A DNA stretch of 64,000 nucleotides from Octopus sinensis (taxonomy: Eukaryota), in NCBI RefSeq assembly GCF_006345805.1, contig NC_043007.1, positions 77,314,001-77,378,000 on the forward strand, given 5' to 3'. This document shows positions 24,926 to 37,670 of the stretch, piece by piece. Positions within the stretch are counted from its first letter, which is position 1. The number at the start of each line of letters is the position of its first letter. The notes under the pieces are model-generated. The model saw only the letters and a list, made by a program, of their open reading frames with translations, was not told the DNA's origin and searched no databases. Both the position numbers and the translations under genes were made by a program.

Positions 24926-25333
24926 GCGCAGGAGTGGCTGTGTGGTAAGTAGCTTGCTTACCAACCACATGGTTCCGGGTTCAGTCCCACTGCGTGGCAT
25001 CTTGGGCAAGTGTCTTCTGCTATAGCCTCGGACCGACCAATGCCTTGTGAGTGGATTTGGTAGACGGAAACTGAAAGAAGCCTGTCGTAAATATGTATAT
25101 ATATATGTGTGTATGATTGTGTTTCCGTGTTTGTCCCCCTAGCATCGTTTGACAACCGATGCTGGTGTGTTTACATTCCTGTCACTTAGCGGTTCGGCAA
25201 AAGAGACCGATATAATAAGTACTGGGCTTACAAAGAATAAGTCCCGGGGTCAATTTGCTCGACTAAAGGCGGTGCTCCAGCTTGGCCGCAGTCAAATGAC
25301 TGAAACAAGTAAAAAAAAAAGAAAAAAAAGAGT
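24926..25333 (+). mobile_element. SINE family A, full length, young
   Basis: gcgcaggagtggctgtgtggtaag...gactgaaacaagtaaaa. Confidence 0.92.
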
Positions 25334-26109
25334 AACCTCACTTCTCTGAAGATGGTCAGAAGCGTATTCGAAAGGAGAGTTAAAGCTTACTTCGCCCCGT
25401 CAGAAACGAAATAATTACCCCTACCATCTCCGCCTTCTCCGTCTTCTCCGCCGTGTCATATCAAGTAGATTAATGATCATCTGGTACTCCAATCAATATC
25501 TTATCCTCTACAGCATTTGATCAATATTAACGCAGCATGTTTTTATTTTGTCTGATCGGTAAAGAGGTACTCAAAACCAAGAGGCAGTAAGCAGCTATAG
25601 ACATATGTGTCCCATAGGTAAATGGTATACTTTGTGTTTTACCTTCTCAATCATCTCGCTTTACAAACCAGATTATCCTCTTACAATAATATCTTGTTTC
25701 CTGTACAGTAGAAACCGGATGTAGTTTAATTCAGTTGAATGGAAGCAGAGGAAGGCAATGAATGAAACCACACAAGAAAGGTCTCTCATTCATCCATGTA
25801 CCTACCCATACAAACATGCATGCATACATAGATACATACGTACATACATACATACATACATACATACATACATACATACATACACACACATATAGATTCA
25901 TGCACACAGCTACGTGTGTATGTATATATGTATGTAAATATGCATACACACGCGTATGTATGTATGTATGTATGTATGTATGTATGTATGTATGTATGTA
26001 TGTATGTATGTATGTATGTATATATATATATATGTGCGTATGTATATATATACATATATGTACATATATATGTATATATATATATAAATATATATATATA
26101 AATGAATAA

Positions 26110-26141
<32 letters not shown>

Positions 26142-26859
26142 TTATATATATATATGTATGTATATATATATATAATTATGTATGTATGGATATGTATGTA
26201 TATATGCACATATAATTATAGACATTATTTGTGCCAAAATACTAGTCTTTCAACTTTATTCTTATAAGCACCGCTCAAATTCATATTTTCCTGTGCGCGT
26301 GCGCGTTGATGCGTATGTGTGTGTGTTAGCGCGTGCATGTCTATGGATGTGTGTGTATATAGATACATGTATATACGTATACGCACACACAACACACATA
26401 CACACACACATATATATATACACACCCACATATATTTATATATGTATATATCGCAGTAAAATATATATACATATCGCAGTAAAATATGTATATATGCCTA
26501 CGCATAGAGACACGCACATACATACGTACTCACAACCATACGCATATGCTTATATTATTTAAATTTTACTGGTTCCGCTCATTGGACAACAGCCATGCTG
26601 GAATTCTATATTTAATGGTCTAATCTATCATATCAACCGCAGTACTAACTGCAATTTGAGTATTTGTTTTAACCTTCTCATTTTGTCGAACCACTCAGTT
26701 ACAGATCATAAAGAAACACGCATATATTACACACCCACATACACACACTCACATACACACATAAACTCTTGCACAAACTTTACACGCAGGCATGTGTGCG
26801 TTTTCCTAGATCTTCCTTAACTTATAGATACATTTTTTCAATGGCTGTATTATTCAACA

Positions 26860-27140
26860 ATCTACTACTACTACTACTACTACTACTACAACACCAGCAG
26901 CAGCAGCAGCACCACTACTTACTATTGCTACCGCCACGACCACGACCACGACGATGACGACGACGACCATCACCACCACTAAAACCACCACCACCACCAC
27001 CACCACCACCACTACTACTACTACTACTAACACCACCATTGCCACCACTACCACTATTGCTACCACGACACCGACGACGATGACCACGACCCTTCCCACT
27101 ACTACTATTACTACTACTACTACTACTACTACTATTACTT
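26860..27140. repeat. Compound (CTA/CCA/CGA)n microsatellite
   Basis: Seen directly. Confidence 0.9.
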
Positions 27141-27537
27141 GGAATCCATAAATTGAAGTACCACTCAAGTGCTGGGCTCGCTGCAATCGACTTGTCCTAT
27201 TCCCTCAAAATTTGCTGCTTTATGCCAAAATTAGACACCAATATTATTATTACTATTTATTCGTTTCTCTTAGATTGACCAAATGACCGAAACATAACTA
27301 TGCTTATGTATGCCTATATATATATATATAGTTGAAATTTACAGAAATACACACATACACACACTTATTCGTTTAAGCTGTGTAAACACTTCACTGGGTC
27401 CAATTTCGGTCTGCCTTTTATGTCCACGCCTACCTTTCCTCGTCGTCCAGCTCAATCTTTTCTTTATGTTCATACATCATACACACCTCATACATACATA
27501 TATGTATATAAGCACATGTATATACATTCATATAATA

Positions 27538-27588
<51 letters not shown>

Positions 27589-28757
27589 GAGAGAGAGTGT
27601 GTGTGTTTACATTTGTATGTCTGCATATGTGTACGTATCTATATATATTTGCAAATTGCATATACACACATATTCATTTACATGTTCCCTTTGAAAATTG
27701 TTACACATTTGCGACTTTTTTTTTTTTACATCGATGAAAAAGCAACACATTGAATAAAAGTAGAAAGTGAAATAATAATATGAATTAATATATCCAAATA
27801 ATTAAATTTCTGTCTCTGAAGCCATTAATTTTCATTTATTAATTTTGATCAATTAATTTCCATTTATTAAAAATAAGTATTTAAATTATGTTGTTCTTCG
27901 TTGTATAAAAAAACATTACGAAAGTTAGTTATATTCCTTCATATTTTGGACTTTAACTCCTGCTCTAACCGAATTTGCTTTGCTTCATTTTGCTATTGAT
28001 AAAATAGTATGAATCGTTTTTATCTGTTGGCTCTTACTGACCAAATATTTTTTCTTGGGTGATATTTTTGGAGCTTTCTCTTCCATGTTTTTTTCACTTG
28101 TTCCATTCACTGGACAACGACAATGCTGAGTCACCGCCTTGAAGGGTTTTATTTCCGGTACTTAATTTTAAATGTCTGGTATTTACTTGATCGATTTCTT
28201 CTGCCGAACTGCTAAGTTACGGGAACGTGAACAAACCAACACCAGTTTTCAGGCAGTGGTGGGTGGTATAGATAAAAATACAAAGACACACACATATATA
28301 CATGATCGCAAACACACATACATATGTACATAGTCCGCCCATAGCTTAACTGGCCGATATTTCGAAGTCACTATCAATAATATTCTTGTTGAATGCAAGC
28401 CCCCTTAACCACACAGCATTGAATACAATCCATTTCTATAATACTTTTTCTTCACTTTAGCTCTTTCAGAATCCATGATTAATATCATTTCTATATATCG
28501 GGATCTTTCATATTTACAAATCGTTTTTTAAAAATCTTTTTACTAGGTTCAGTTATTAGACTGCGGCCATGCTGGAGCACCGCCTTCAAGAATTTTCTAG
28601 TCAAATGAATCGATCCAGTACGTATGTTTTTCGTTTGAGGGCCTGGTACTTATTTTGTAGGTTTTTTTGCCGAACCGCCATGTTACAGAGACGTAAGCAC
28701 ACCAACACGGTTGTCAAACTGTGGTGAGGGACAGAGACACAAAGATACACACACACA

Positions 28758-28810
<53 letters not shown>

Positions 28811-28845
28811 ACACACGCACCATCACGCACGCACACACTCACACA

Positions 28846-29146
28846 CATTAGACAAAAATAGATAATAAAGCCAAGCATGTGAGGAGTTTTCAGGACATTT
28901 ATAAGGAAAGAGATATAGATATAGTCTTACAGCTGTTTCTGGGATATTACAGACATCCGTCCATCAGAGACGATGTGAAATGTTAAATAGACGTAAACAC
29001 AAACGTTTACCTCTATTTAACCATCTCATATCGTCTCTGATGAAGGGATATCCGTAATATCCCAGAAACAGCTGTAAGACTATATCTATATCTCTTTCCT
29101 GAAAACTCATCACAGCCTTGGCTTTGTTATCTATTTTTGTCTAATG
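28846..29146. repeat. ~300 bp imperfect palindrome (arms ~150 bp), probably a Penelope-type inverted pseudo-LTR
   Basis: cattagacaaaaatagataa...gtaaac / acaaac spacer / gtttac...ttatctatttttgtctaatg. Confidence 0.85.
29028..29085 (+). ncRNA. Minimal type-I hammerhead ribozyme motif
   Basis: ATAT-C-GTCT-CTGATGA-A-GGGATAT(CCGTA)ATATCCC-A-GAA-ACAGCTGT-A-AGAC-T-ATAT. Palindromic helix III. Predicted cleavage after A29076. Confidence 0.75.
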
Positions 29147-29348
29147 TGTATGTGTGCGTGTGTGTCTGTGCATGTGTGTGCGAGTGTGTGTATAGTATAG
29201 AAGAGATACGTTATTCTGACGGATACCGTATTATCTAAAAAATTTGATAAGTTGCCGGCTATCCACAACGTTTCATTGTATAGTACTCAAGTCTTTGGAT
29301 ATGAATAAATCTCCACTCTTCTCTTCGTCATCAACGTTATATATATAT

Positions 29349-29452
29349 ATAAACACAAGAGAAAACTACTCTTTAACAGGTAATTTCTACATGCTAGAAG
29401 AAGCAGCCATGTAAAAATTACCTGTTAAAGGGTAGTTTTCTCCTATGTTTAT
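29349..29452. repeat. ~105 bp hairpin (inverted repeat) after (TA)n
   Basis: ataaaca..agagaaaactactctttaacaggtaattt.tacatg / catgta.aaattacctgttaaagggtagttttctc..tgtttat. Confidence 0.8.
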
Positions 29453-29572
29453 ATGTACACTGTTTTATAATAAGAATATGTTGTCTATTGACTATTTATA
29501 CATGCTAGGCCACTGGTGGTGATATTTCTAACGAATATTCGCTACCCTATATATGTATGTATACATATATAT

Positions 29573-29606
<34 letters not shown>

Positions 29607-29627
29607 ATAATATATGTATATATATAT

Positions 29628-29665
<38 letters not shown>

Positions 29666-29735
29666 GATGTATATTATGATATATATATAGATATATATAT
29701 AAGTATGATATCTATATCTATGTTTCCCTTATTTT

Positions 29736-29767
<32 letters not shown>

Positions 29768-29799
29768 CTATCTATCTATCTATATATATACTATATAGT

Positions 29800-30670
29800 G
29801 GTGGTGTGCGTGTATGTATATAGGCATACCTACATTATTACAAGCATCACATTAATATACACATACATTCTACATGCGTATTGAAGATGCTTCCTCATCT
29901 TGACAGACGTTACCCGTCTCATTATTCACTGTTCACTGAATCTTTCTGTTCATTGACATAACGCCATGTGTTCGGAGATGATTCTCAAGAGCAGTGATGA
30001 TTTACAAGGTCTAAAAGCAAACATGACAGAAGAAAGTCAACATCTTTATTGTAATGACTGTGTCAGTCTGTGGAATGGCATTCTTGTGCATTACCATATG
30101 TTTTTCATTCATTTTTCTTTTTTGTAGTTCAAGTTTAGAGTGACATATTTGTTGAACATTGTACAAGTAGTATAGTGAAAATGGCCACAAATGAACGTTG
30201 ATAAAGATTGTTTCAGTGGGTAAGTGTGTTGCGATTTCATATGATTAACACAGCCTGCATTCGAAATAAGATCGTAACCGTAGATAATAGACAGGTTCAG
30301 AATAGAACCTTAATAAGACATGTTTCAACTCTGCCCTATAACATCTCTCAAGCATTTTATATCCTTTCTTAAAGGATTATCTCTAGTCATTTATAATTTA
30401 TCACTGGCTCTTCCAATTATCCCAATTATTTCAAGGATTTTAATTGAGTTATATATCAGGAGTGGCTGTGTGGTAAGTAGCTTGCTAACCAACCACATGG
30501 TTCCGGGTTCGCCCACTGCGTGGCATCTTGGGCAAGTGTCTCTCTGCTATAGCCCCGGGCCGACCAATGCCTTGTGAGTGATTTGGTAGACGGAAACTGA
30601 AAGAAGCTGTCGATATATATGTATATATATGTATATATATATAGATATAATATAGAAGTATGTATATCTA

Positions 30671-30718
<48 letters not shown>

Positions 30719-31567
30719 AGATATAATATATATAATGTGTGTGTGTGTGCGTGTATGTATATAGGCATACCTACATTCTTACAAGCATCACATTAATATA
30801 CACATACATTCTTACATGCGTAATTGAAGATGCTTCCTTCATCTTGACAGACGTTACCCGTCTCATTATTCACTGTTCACTGAATCTTTCTGTTCATTGA
30901 CATACGCCCATGTGTTCGGAGATGATTCTCAAGAGCAGCTGATGATTTACAAGGTCTAAAAGCAAACATGACAGAAGAAAGTCAACATCTTTATTGTAAT
31001 GACTGTGTCAGTCTGTGGAATGGCATTCTTGTGCATTACCATATGTTTTTCATTCATTTTTCTTTTTTTGTAGTTCAAGTTTAGAGTGACATATTTTGCT
31101 GAACATTGTACAAGTAGTACTTAGTGAAAATGGCCACAAATGAACGTTGAATAAAGATTGTTTCAGTGGGTAAGTGTGTGCGATTTCATATGATTAACAC
31201 AGCCTGCATTCGAAATAAGATCGTAACCGTAGATAATAGACAGGTTCAGAATAGAACCTTTACATAAGACATGTTTCAACTCTGCCCTATAACATCTCTC
31301 AAGCATTTTATATCCTTTCTTAACGGATTATCTCTAGTCATTCTAATTTATCACTGGCTCTTTCCAATTATCCACACTTATTTCAAAGGATTTAATTGAT
31401 ATATTATCAGGAGTGGCTGTGTGGTAAGTAGCTTTGTAACCAACCACATGGTTCGGGTTCAGTCCCACTAGCGTGGCATCTTGGGCAAGTGTCTTCTGCT
31501 ATAGCCCCGGGCCGACCAATGCCTTGTGAGTGGATTTGGTAGACGGAAACTGAAAGAAGCCTGTCGT
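29800..31567. repeat. Near-tandem duplication of ~0.8 kb (29800-30612 and 30742-31567)
   Basis: Both copies run gtgtatgtatataggcatacctacatt...gaagatgcttcc...SINE A head, and differ mostly by single-base indels. Confidence 0.9.
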
Positions 31568-31787
31568 ATATATGTATATATTGTATATATATGTGTGTGT
31601 CTGTGTTTGTCTGTATATGGTGGTGTGTTTTACGTCTCCCGTCACTTGCGTTCGGCAAAAGAGACCGATAGAATAAGTACTGGGCTTACAAAGAATAAGT
31701 CCCGGGGGTCGATTTGCTCGACAAAGGCGGTGCCGCCCCAGCATGGCCGCAGTCAAATGACTGAAACAAGTAAAAGAGTAAAAGAGT
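31408..31787 (+). mobile_element. SINE family A
   Basis: caggagtggctgtgtgg...gaaacaagtaaaagagtaaaagag. Confidence 0.9.
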
Positions 31788-31810
31788 ATATACAGTACTT
31801 ATGCAATAAA

Positions 31811-32187
31811 GTGGAGGCGCAATGGCCCAGTGGTTAAGGCAGCGGACTCGCGGTCATAGGATCGCGGTTTTGATTCTCAGACCGGGCATTGAGCGAAAAC
31901 ACCTAAAGCTCCACGAAGCTCCGGCAGGGGTTGGTGGCGAACTCTGCTGTACTCTTTCACTACAACTTTCTCTCACTCTATCTTCCTGCTTCTGCTGTAC
32001 CTGTATTTCAAAAGGCCAGCCTTGTCACACTCTGTATCACGTTGAATCTCCCCCGAGAACTATGTTAAGGGTACACGTGTCTCTGTGGAGTGCTCAGCCA
32101 TTGCACGTTAATTTCACGAGCAGGCTGTTTCGCTGATCGGATCAATTGGAACACTCGTCGTCGTAACCGACAGAGTAAAAAAAGAAG
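31811..32187 (+). mobile_element. SINE family D, tail type 1
   Basis: Head gtggaggcgcaatggcccagtggttaaggcagcggactcgcggtc. Tail gttaatttcacgagcaggctg...gatcggatcaa.tggaacactcgtcgtcgtaaccgac. Possible TSD atgcaa(t/a)aaa. Confidence 0.85.
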
Positions 32188-32959
32188 ATGCAAAAAAAAA
32201 AAAACGACAAGAGTGCACAGCTAGAATTCTTTCGTAGATCTGGTAACTAAAGGTTAATATTGAACTAAACGACAAATAAAAAGAAAAACATTAATTCTAA
32301 TACTAAGTACTACATTGCACTGTAGACGATCCAAAGTACTAAAAGTCTAACGTCATAACACTTTTAATAGGATAGTGGGTATGATTGGCAAAATTAAGCT
32401 CAGTATGTTACTGGAGCTTAAGACGGCTAGCTGGCGGAATCGTTACCACACCGGAAAAAATGCTTAAGGGTTAGTTCTTGCGACCTTGCGTACTAAGTCC
32501 TAATGCCACCAGGGTCGACTTTACCGTTCGTCCTTTCCACTTAATTCGCCAATCACAAATAAAATCGGTAAGTGAAGCATTAAAAATATGCAAGATTTTT
32601 CTCAAGTTCAAAATGTGAATTTTCTTTTTGTTAACTACATTTCAATGATAGAGCTTTTTATCTTCGTGAAAAACCAACTTCTTTTTTGAATATTTAGAAA
32701 TAGAAGGGAAAATATACAGATACGTGAAAGCGTGTATATATACATACACATACGTATATATACATATATATATACATAAATTCGTATATATATACATCCT
32801 TCTGGCACTCCATCAGTTGCGACGCCGAGCGTTCCAGCTGATCCGATAAACGGAACAGACTACCTATGGAATCAACGCTCAAGTGGCAGAGCACTCCTCA
32901 GGTATGCATACATATAGACATACATATATACGATGTATATATCTGTCTGTATACATCTG

Positions 32960-33054
<95 letters not shown>

Positions 33055-33107
33055 GCCTGCATAACTGCCTGTCTGTCTGTCTGACTGTCTGTCTGACTGT
33101 CTGTCTA

Positions 33108-33141
<34 letters not shown>

Positions 33142-33438
33142 GCCTTGAAGAATCTTAGTCGAACGAAACGTTGACGCAACGACACACACACGCGCGCGCG
33201 CGCACGCAGGCACACACACACAACACATACACACTCGCATATACACACATGCGGATGCGCATGCATAAACATAGGTATTTATACAAGGATCTTCTTTCAG
33301 TTTCCGTCCACCAAATCCACTCACAAGACGTTGGTTAGTCCGCGGCTCTTGTAGAAGACACTTGCAGACATATAAAGTAACACTTCAACAACAGAAAGGA
33401 AAATGGCACAATAGCCCCACAACCAACAGCAACACCAA

Positions 33439-33870
33439 GTGGAAGCGCAATGGTTCAATGGTCAGGGCAGCGGACTCTCGGTTTCGATTCCCAGACCGGG
33501 CGTTGTGTGTGTTTATTGAGCGAAAACACCTAAAGTTCCACGACGCTCCGGCAGGGGGTAGTGGCGACCCCTGCTGTACTCTTTCGCTCCAACTTTCTCT
33601 CACTCTTTCTTCCTGTTTCTTGTCCCCGACTTCCTACGCAACCGCTGAGCCTAGATGCGCATTCATTCATCCGTCGATGCTCTCAGTGTCGGGGGTTGAC
33701 TTGCTTTCTCTTCTGCGGGTCTTACGAATAGCAAAGGACCACGTTTCGGACTTCTCCCACTGGACAAAGATCGCTACGCTCAACACTTAAAGCTCAACGC
33801 TTAAAGCCCAACGCTTAAACTCAACGCTTAACGCTCAACGCTCAATGCTCAACGCTCAACGCTCAACGCT
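33439..33870 (+). mobile_element. SINE family D head with a third tail ending in (GCTCAAC)n; 15 bp TSD
   Basis: TSD CAACAGCAACACCAA at 33424-33438 and 33871-33885. Heptamer tail at ~33778-33870. Confidence 0.85.
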
Positions 33871-34428
33871 CAACAGCAACACCAACGACAATAACAGCAA
33901 CGAAACAGCAAATTTGTCTCACACTACGCAAAGCCGTATCCTAAAAATGGCGCCCATATATTACATAAGAATATACTTTTTATTGATTTATAAGCAGAGG
34001 TAAAGAAATTCAAAGGTTTGAATAAGACATTTAACAGCATGGTACTAAAGACAACCGTGTTGTTGTTTGTGCGTGCGTGTGCATGTGTGTGTATGCGTGT
34101 GTGTGTATGCGTGTGTGTGTATGCGTGTGCGTGTGACCGTGTGATAGATAGCTAGATAGATAGAGGAAAGAGAGAGGGAGAGTGAGAGAGAGAGGGGGGA
34201 GAGAGAGAAAGAGAAGAGAGGTGGGGGTAAGTGATAGAAAATTATCAATTCGGGTCACACACAGGATAAACAAATAAATAAAATAATGAACAATAGGTCT
34301 CTGAAAATACAATGTTCTTTCTATTTGATAAGTTCCGCCACATACATAATATTATGCATTATATATAGATATATAATATATATATATATATATAGTATAT
34401 ATATATATAATATATATATATATTGTAG

Positions 34429-34491
<63 letters not shown>

Positions 34492-34753
34492 ATAATATAA
34501 CATACATACATACATACTACATACATACATACATTGCACGCACACACACATATATGTAGATTGATTATTTATTGTGTTATGTATGCATGTTATGAGTTAT
34601 GTATGTCTATCTATCTATCTACTATCTATATGATATGTGTATATATATATATGTATGATATGTATGTATATATATAAATGTATGATATATACATATGTAT
34701 ATGTATATATATATAATATATATATCATACATATATATACATACACATAATAT

Positions 34754-34826
<73 letters not shown>

Positions 34827-35390
34827 ATTTATATATACATATTTACACCATAGACGCATATATTTACGAGGAGGACAAGTTGCCTTTGAAAGCCTTATAA
34901 ATAAAATGTCATGCATGCGATCGCATAAAGACCAAGTGTTTAAGCAAATTAAATCGCCGATGTAACAGAATGCATTGATAGAAGCACTCGTACACATCTA
35001 AGGTGCTAATATACATACCTGTACATATATACATATACCTTACAGCCAACTCCACACCTCCCCTTCCCCTCCCATCCACCCCGATACCGACCACTTAGAC
35101 ACGATACCGAACGTAGACACATTTGGAATTGTATGTACATCCGTTTGCATCAGGTGATATATTCCGTTGCGCATACCCCACTTTTTTCTGTAGGTCCCAT
35201 ACACCTTGGCCTGGCTTCGCATAACACAGCAGTGTCTCAGAAGAATACTCCAGTAAATTCAGTGTGTGTGTGTGTGCATTTATGTGAATGTGTTCGTTTA
35301 GATATAATGATATTCTGTGAAACCACAGATTACCCTTGCATTATAATTCTTACATTCTAAACACAAAACCACATTAATAATTTTGGTTTT

Positions 35391-35617
35391 GCGAGCTGAC
35401 AGAAACGTTAGCACGCCGGGCGAAATGCCCAACGGTATTTCATCTGCCGCTATGTTCTGAGTTCAAATTCCGCCGAGGTCGACTTTGCCTTTCATCCTTT
35501 CGGGGTCAATTAAATAAGTACCAGTTACGCACTGGGATCAATATAATCGACTTAATCCATTTGTCTGTCCTTGTTTGTCCTCTCTGTGTTTAGCCCCTTG
35601 TGGGTAGTAAAGAAATA
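35391..35617 (+). mobile_element. SINE family B
   Basis: B consensus; short direct repeat GGTTTT on both sides. Confidence 0.9.
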
Positions 35618-35818
35618 GGTTTTCTAAAACCACCGTATATTTGTATCCTTTATTCTTTCGCTGTTTGCTATATATTTACAGACAGACAGACACACGCACA
35701 TACATACATACATACATACATACATACATACATACATAATACATACATACATACATACATACATACATACATACATACATACATACATACATACATACAA
35801 CATACATACATACATACA

Positions 35819-36350
35819 TGGGACAGAGAAGAGAAACTGTGCACAGTTGTGGAAATTAGCTGCCCAGCGGATGTTAACATAAAGCCGAAGACCAGTGAAA
35901 AAGAGAATACTGAACTATTGAGAAATCTGCAGTTACTCTATCCAGATTACAAGTTCCGGTTTATACCTGTAATCAATAGGCCCCTGGGATATGTAACACA
36001 CTGCCTAAATACCAATGTTGGGAAGTTAGGCTTCTCAAAACTAGAAAGGAGGAAGCTAATTCCAAGACAACAAATCCAATCCATCACTGGAATTGTATAA
36101 ATCTGTAAAACTTTCCAGAAGATTATCATTTAGATATATATGAGCATGTCTAGATATATAACTATATACATGAGAATACATACATAAAATACACAAATCT
36201 GCATATACATACGTACATACATACACACAAACAAACAAAAATAGCCTGTTGTTGATGTCGAAATTTCAATGAAAGAACCTTGGATCAAGGTTAGAAAGGG
36301 TTCTTTCTCTATTGTCAAGAAATCTTGAAATAAACTAAATAATGACATGC
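35819..36350 (+). mobile_element. 5'-truncated RLE-type LINE (endonuclease C-terminus and 3' UTR) in a (CATA)n tract
   Basis: WDREEKLCTVVEISCPADVNI...LLRNLQLLYPDYKFRFIPVI..PLGYV...QIQSITGIV begins directly after (CATA)n. The 3' end runs into acatgcatacat. Confidence 0.75.
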
Positions 36351-36585
36351 ATACATGTGTGTGTGTTTGTGTGTGAGTTTTCGTATCTTTCATCATCTAT
36401 TAGATTGATTAGATTGTGGCCATGCTGGAGCACCGGCTTGAATACTTTTAGTCGAAGAAATCAACCCCAGGACTTATTGTTATTTGAGCCTAGTACTAAT
36501 TTTATCGGTCGTTTTTGCCAAAACGTTCAGTTACGGAGGTATAAACACAGCATATATATATGTATATATATATATATATATATAT

Positions 36586-36928
36586 AAGAATGAATGTTTT
36601 TATATATAATGAACGTGAAATACAGGAAGGGACGAACACGGAACACAGACAAATCATTCGAAGCCTTCAATCTTCAGTCAGACACCGAATCATCATAGCA
36701 AATTTCGGCTGTCAATTCTGATATTTGCTCCAACTCGGCCAGCCCCAAGAAAAAAAACTAAGCTGTAAGCATTAGATTCTTGGTAGAAGACAGGAATGTG
36801 AACGCACACAGACGGATGTGAATACAAGAGACGAAAACGAAATTGAAAACAGTAATGAATAACAAAAATATATAACGGTGGTTGTCATACGACTTTAGAC
36901 CAAATGAGACAAAAACAACAAAACAACA
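36586..36928. repeat. ~340 bp dispersed repeat, copy 2
   Basis: See 16980-17320. Confidence 0.85.
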
Positions 36929-37214
36929 TCGCAGCTGGCGTAGAAATAATTACCGTTTCGGTTAGCGGGGGACACATGTTGGTCGAGATACGATGGCCAA
37001 CAGAATGGTTGAAGAAAAGCAGCAGGTCAGGAGAGAGAGAAAGAGAGACAGAGAGAGAGGGAATCAAAGAGGGTGGAAGGCAGGGGACAGAATCAGTGAC
37101 CAGGAGAGAAGGAGAAAGAAGGGATTAGGAGGATGAGGAAGAGGGAGGAGGAGGGGATGGGAGGAAGAGAGGGGAAGAATCGGAGGGCGCCAAAAGTTTG
37201 GTGTGAAGAAGCAA

Positions 37215-37670
37215 TGTGTGTGTGTATGTGTTGTGTTTGTGTGTGTGTGTGTGTGTTTGTGTGTTGTATGTGTATGTGTTTGTGTGGTGTTGTGTGTGTG
37301 TGGTGTGTATGTGTGTTAGGTGTGTGTGTGTGTTGGGTGTGTATGTGTATGTGTTTGGTGTGTGTGTTGTGGGTGTGTTTGTGTGTGTATGTGTATGTGT
37401 TTGTGTGTGTGTGTTGTGTGTGTTTGTGTGTGTATGTGTGTGTTTGTGTGTGTGTGGTTGTTGTGGTGTGTTGTGTATTTGTGTGTGTGTGTGTGGGGTG
37501 TGTGTGTGTGTTTGTGTGGTGTGTGTGTGTATGTGTTTGTGTGTGTGTGTGTATGTGTTTGTGTGTGTGTGTGTGTGTGTGTATGGTGTTTGTGTGTGTG
37601 TGTGTGGGTGTGTTTGTGTGTGTATGTGCGATTGTGTGTGTTTGTATGCATGTGTGCTTGCGCATGTGTC
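37215..37670. repeat. Degenerate (TG)n tract
   Basis: Seen directly. Confidence 0.95.

Noticed and set aside
25347-25385. CTGAAGA...GAAA hammerhead-like spacing
   Set aside because: Helices I-III cannot be paired convincingly.
31811-31890. tRNA gene candidates here and at 5600, 33439, 41682 and 42530
   Set aside because: They have A and B boxes but no acceptor stem pairing, and they continue into SINE bodies.
33778-33870. CRISPR-like or telomere-like array
   Set aside because: Spacer-less heptamer tail of a SINE, inside its TSD; eukaryotic context.
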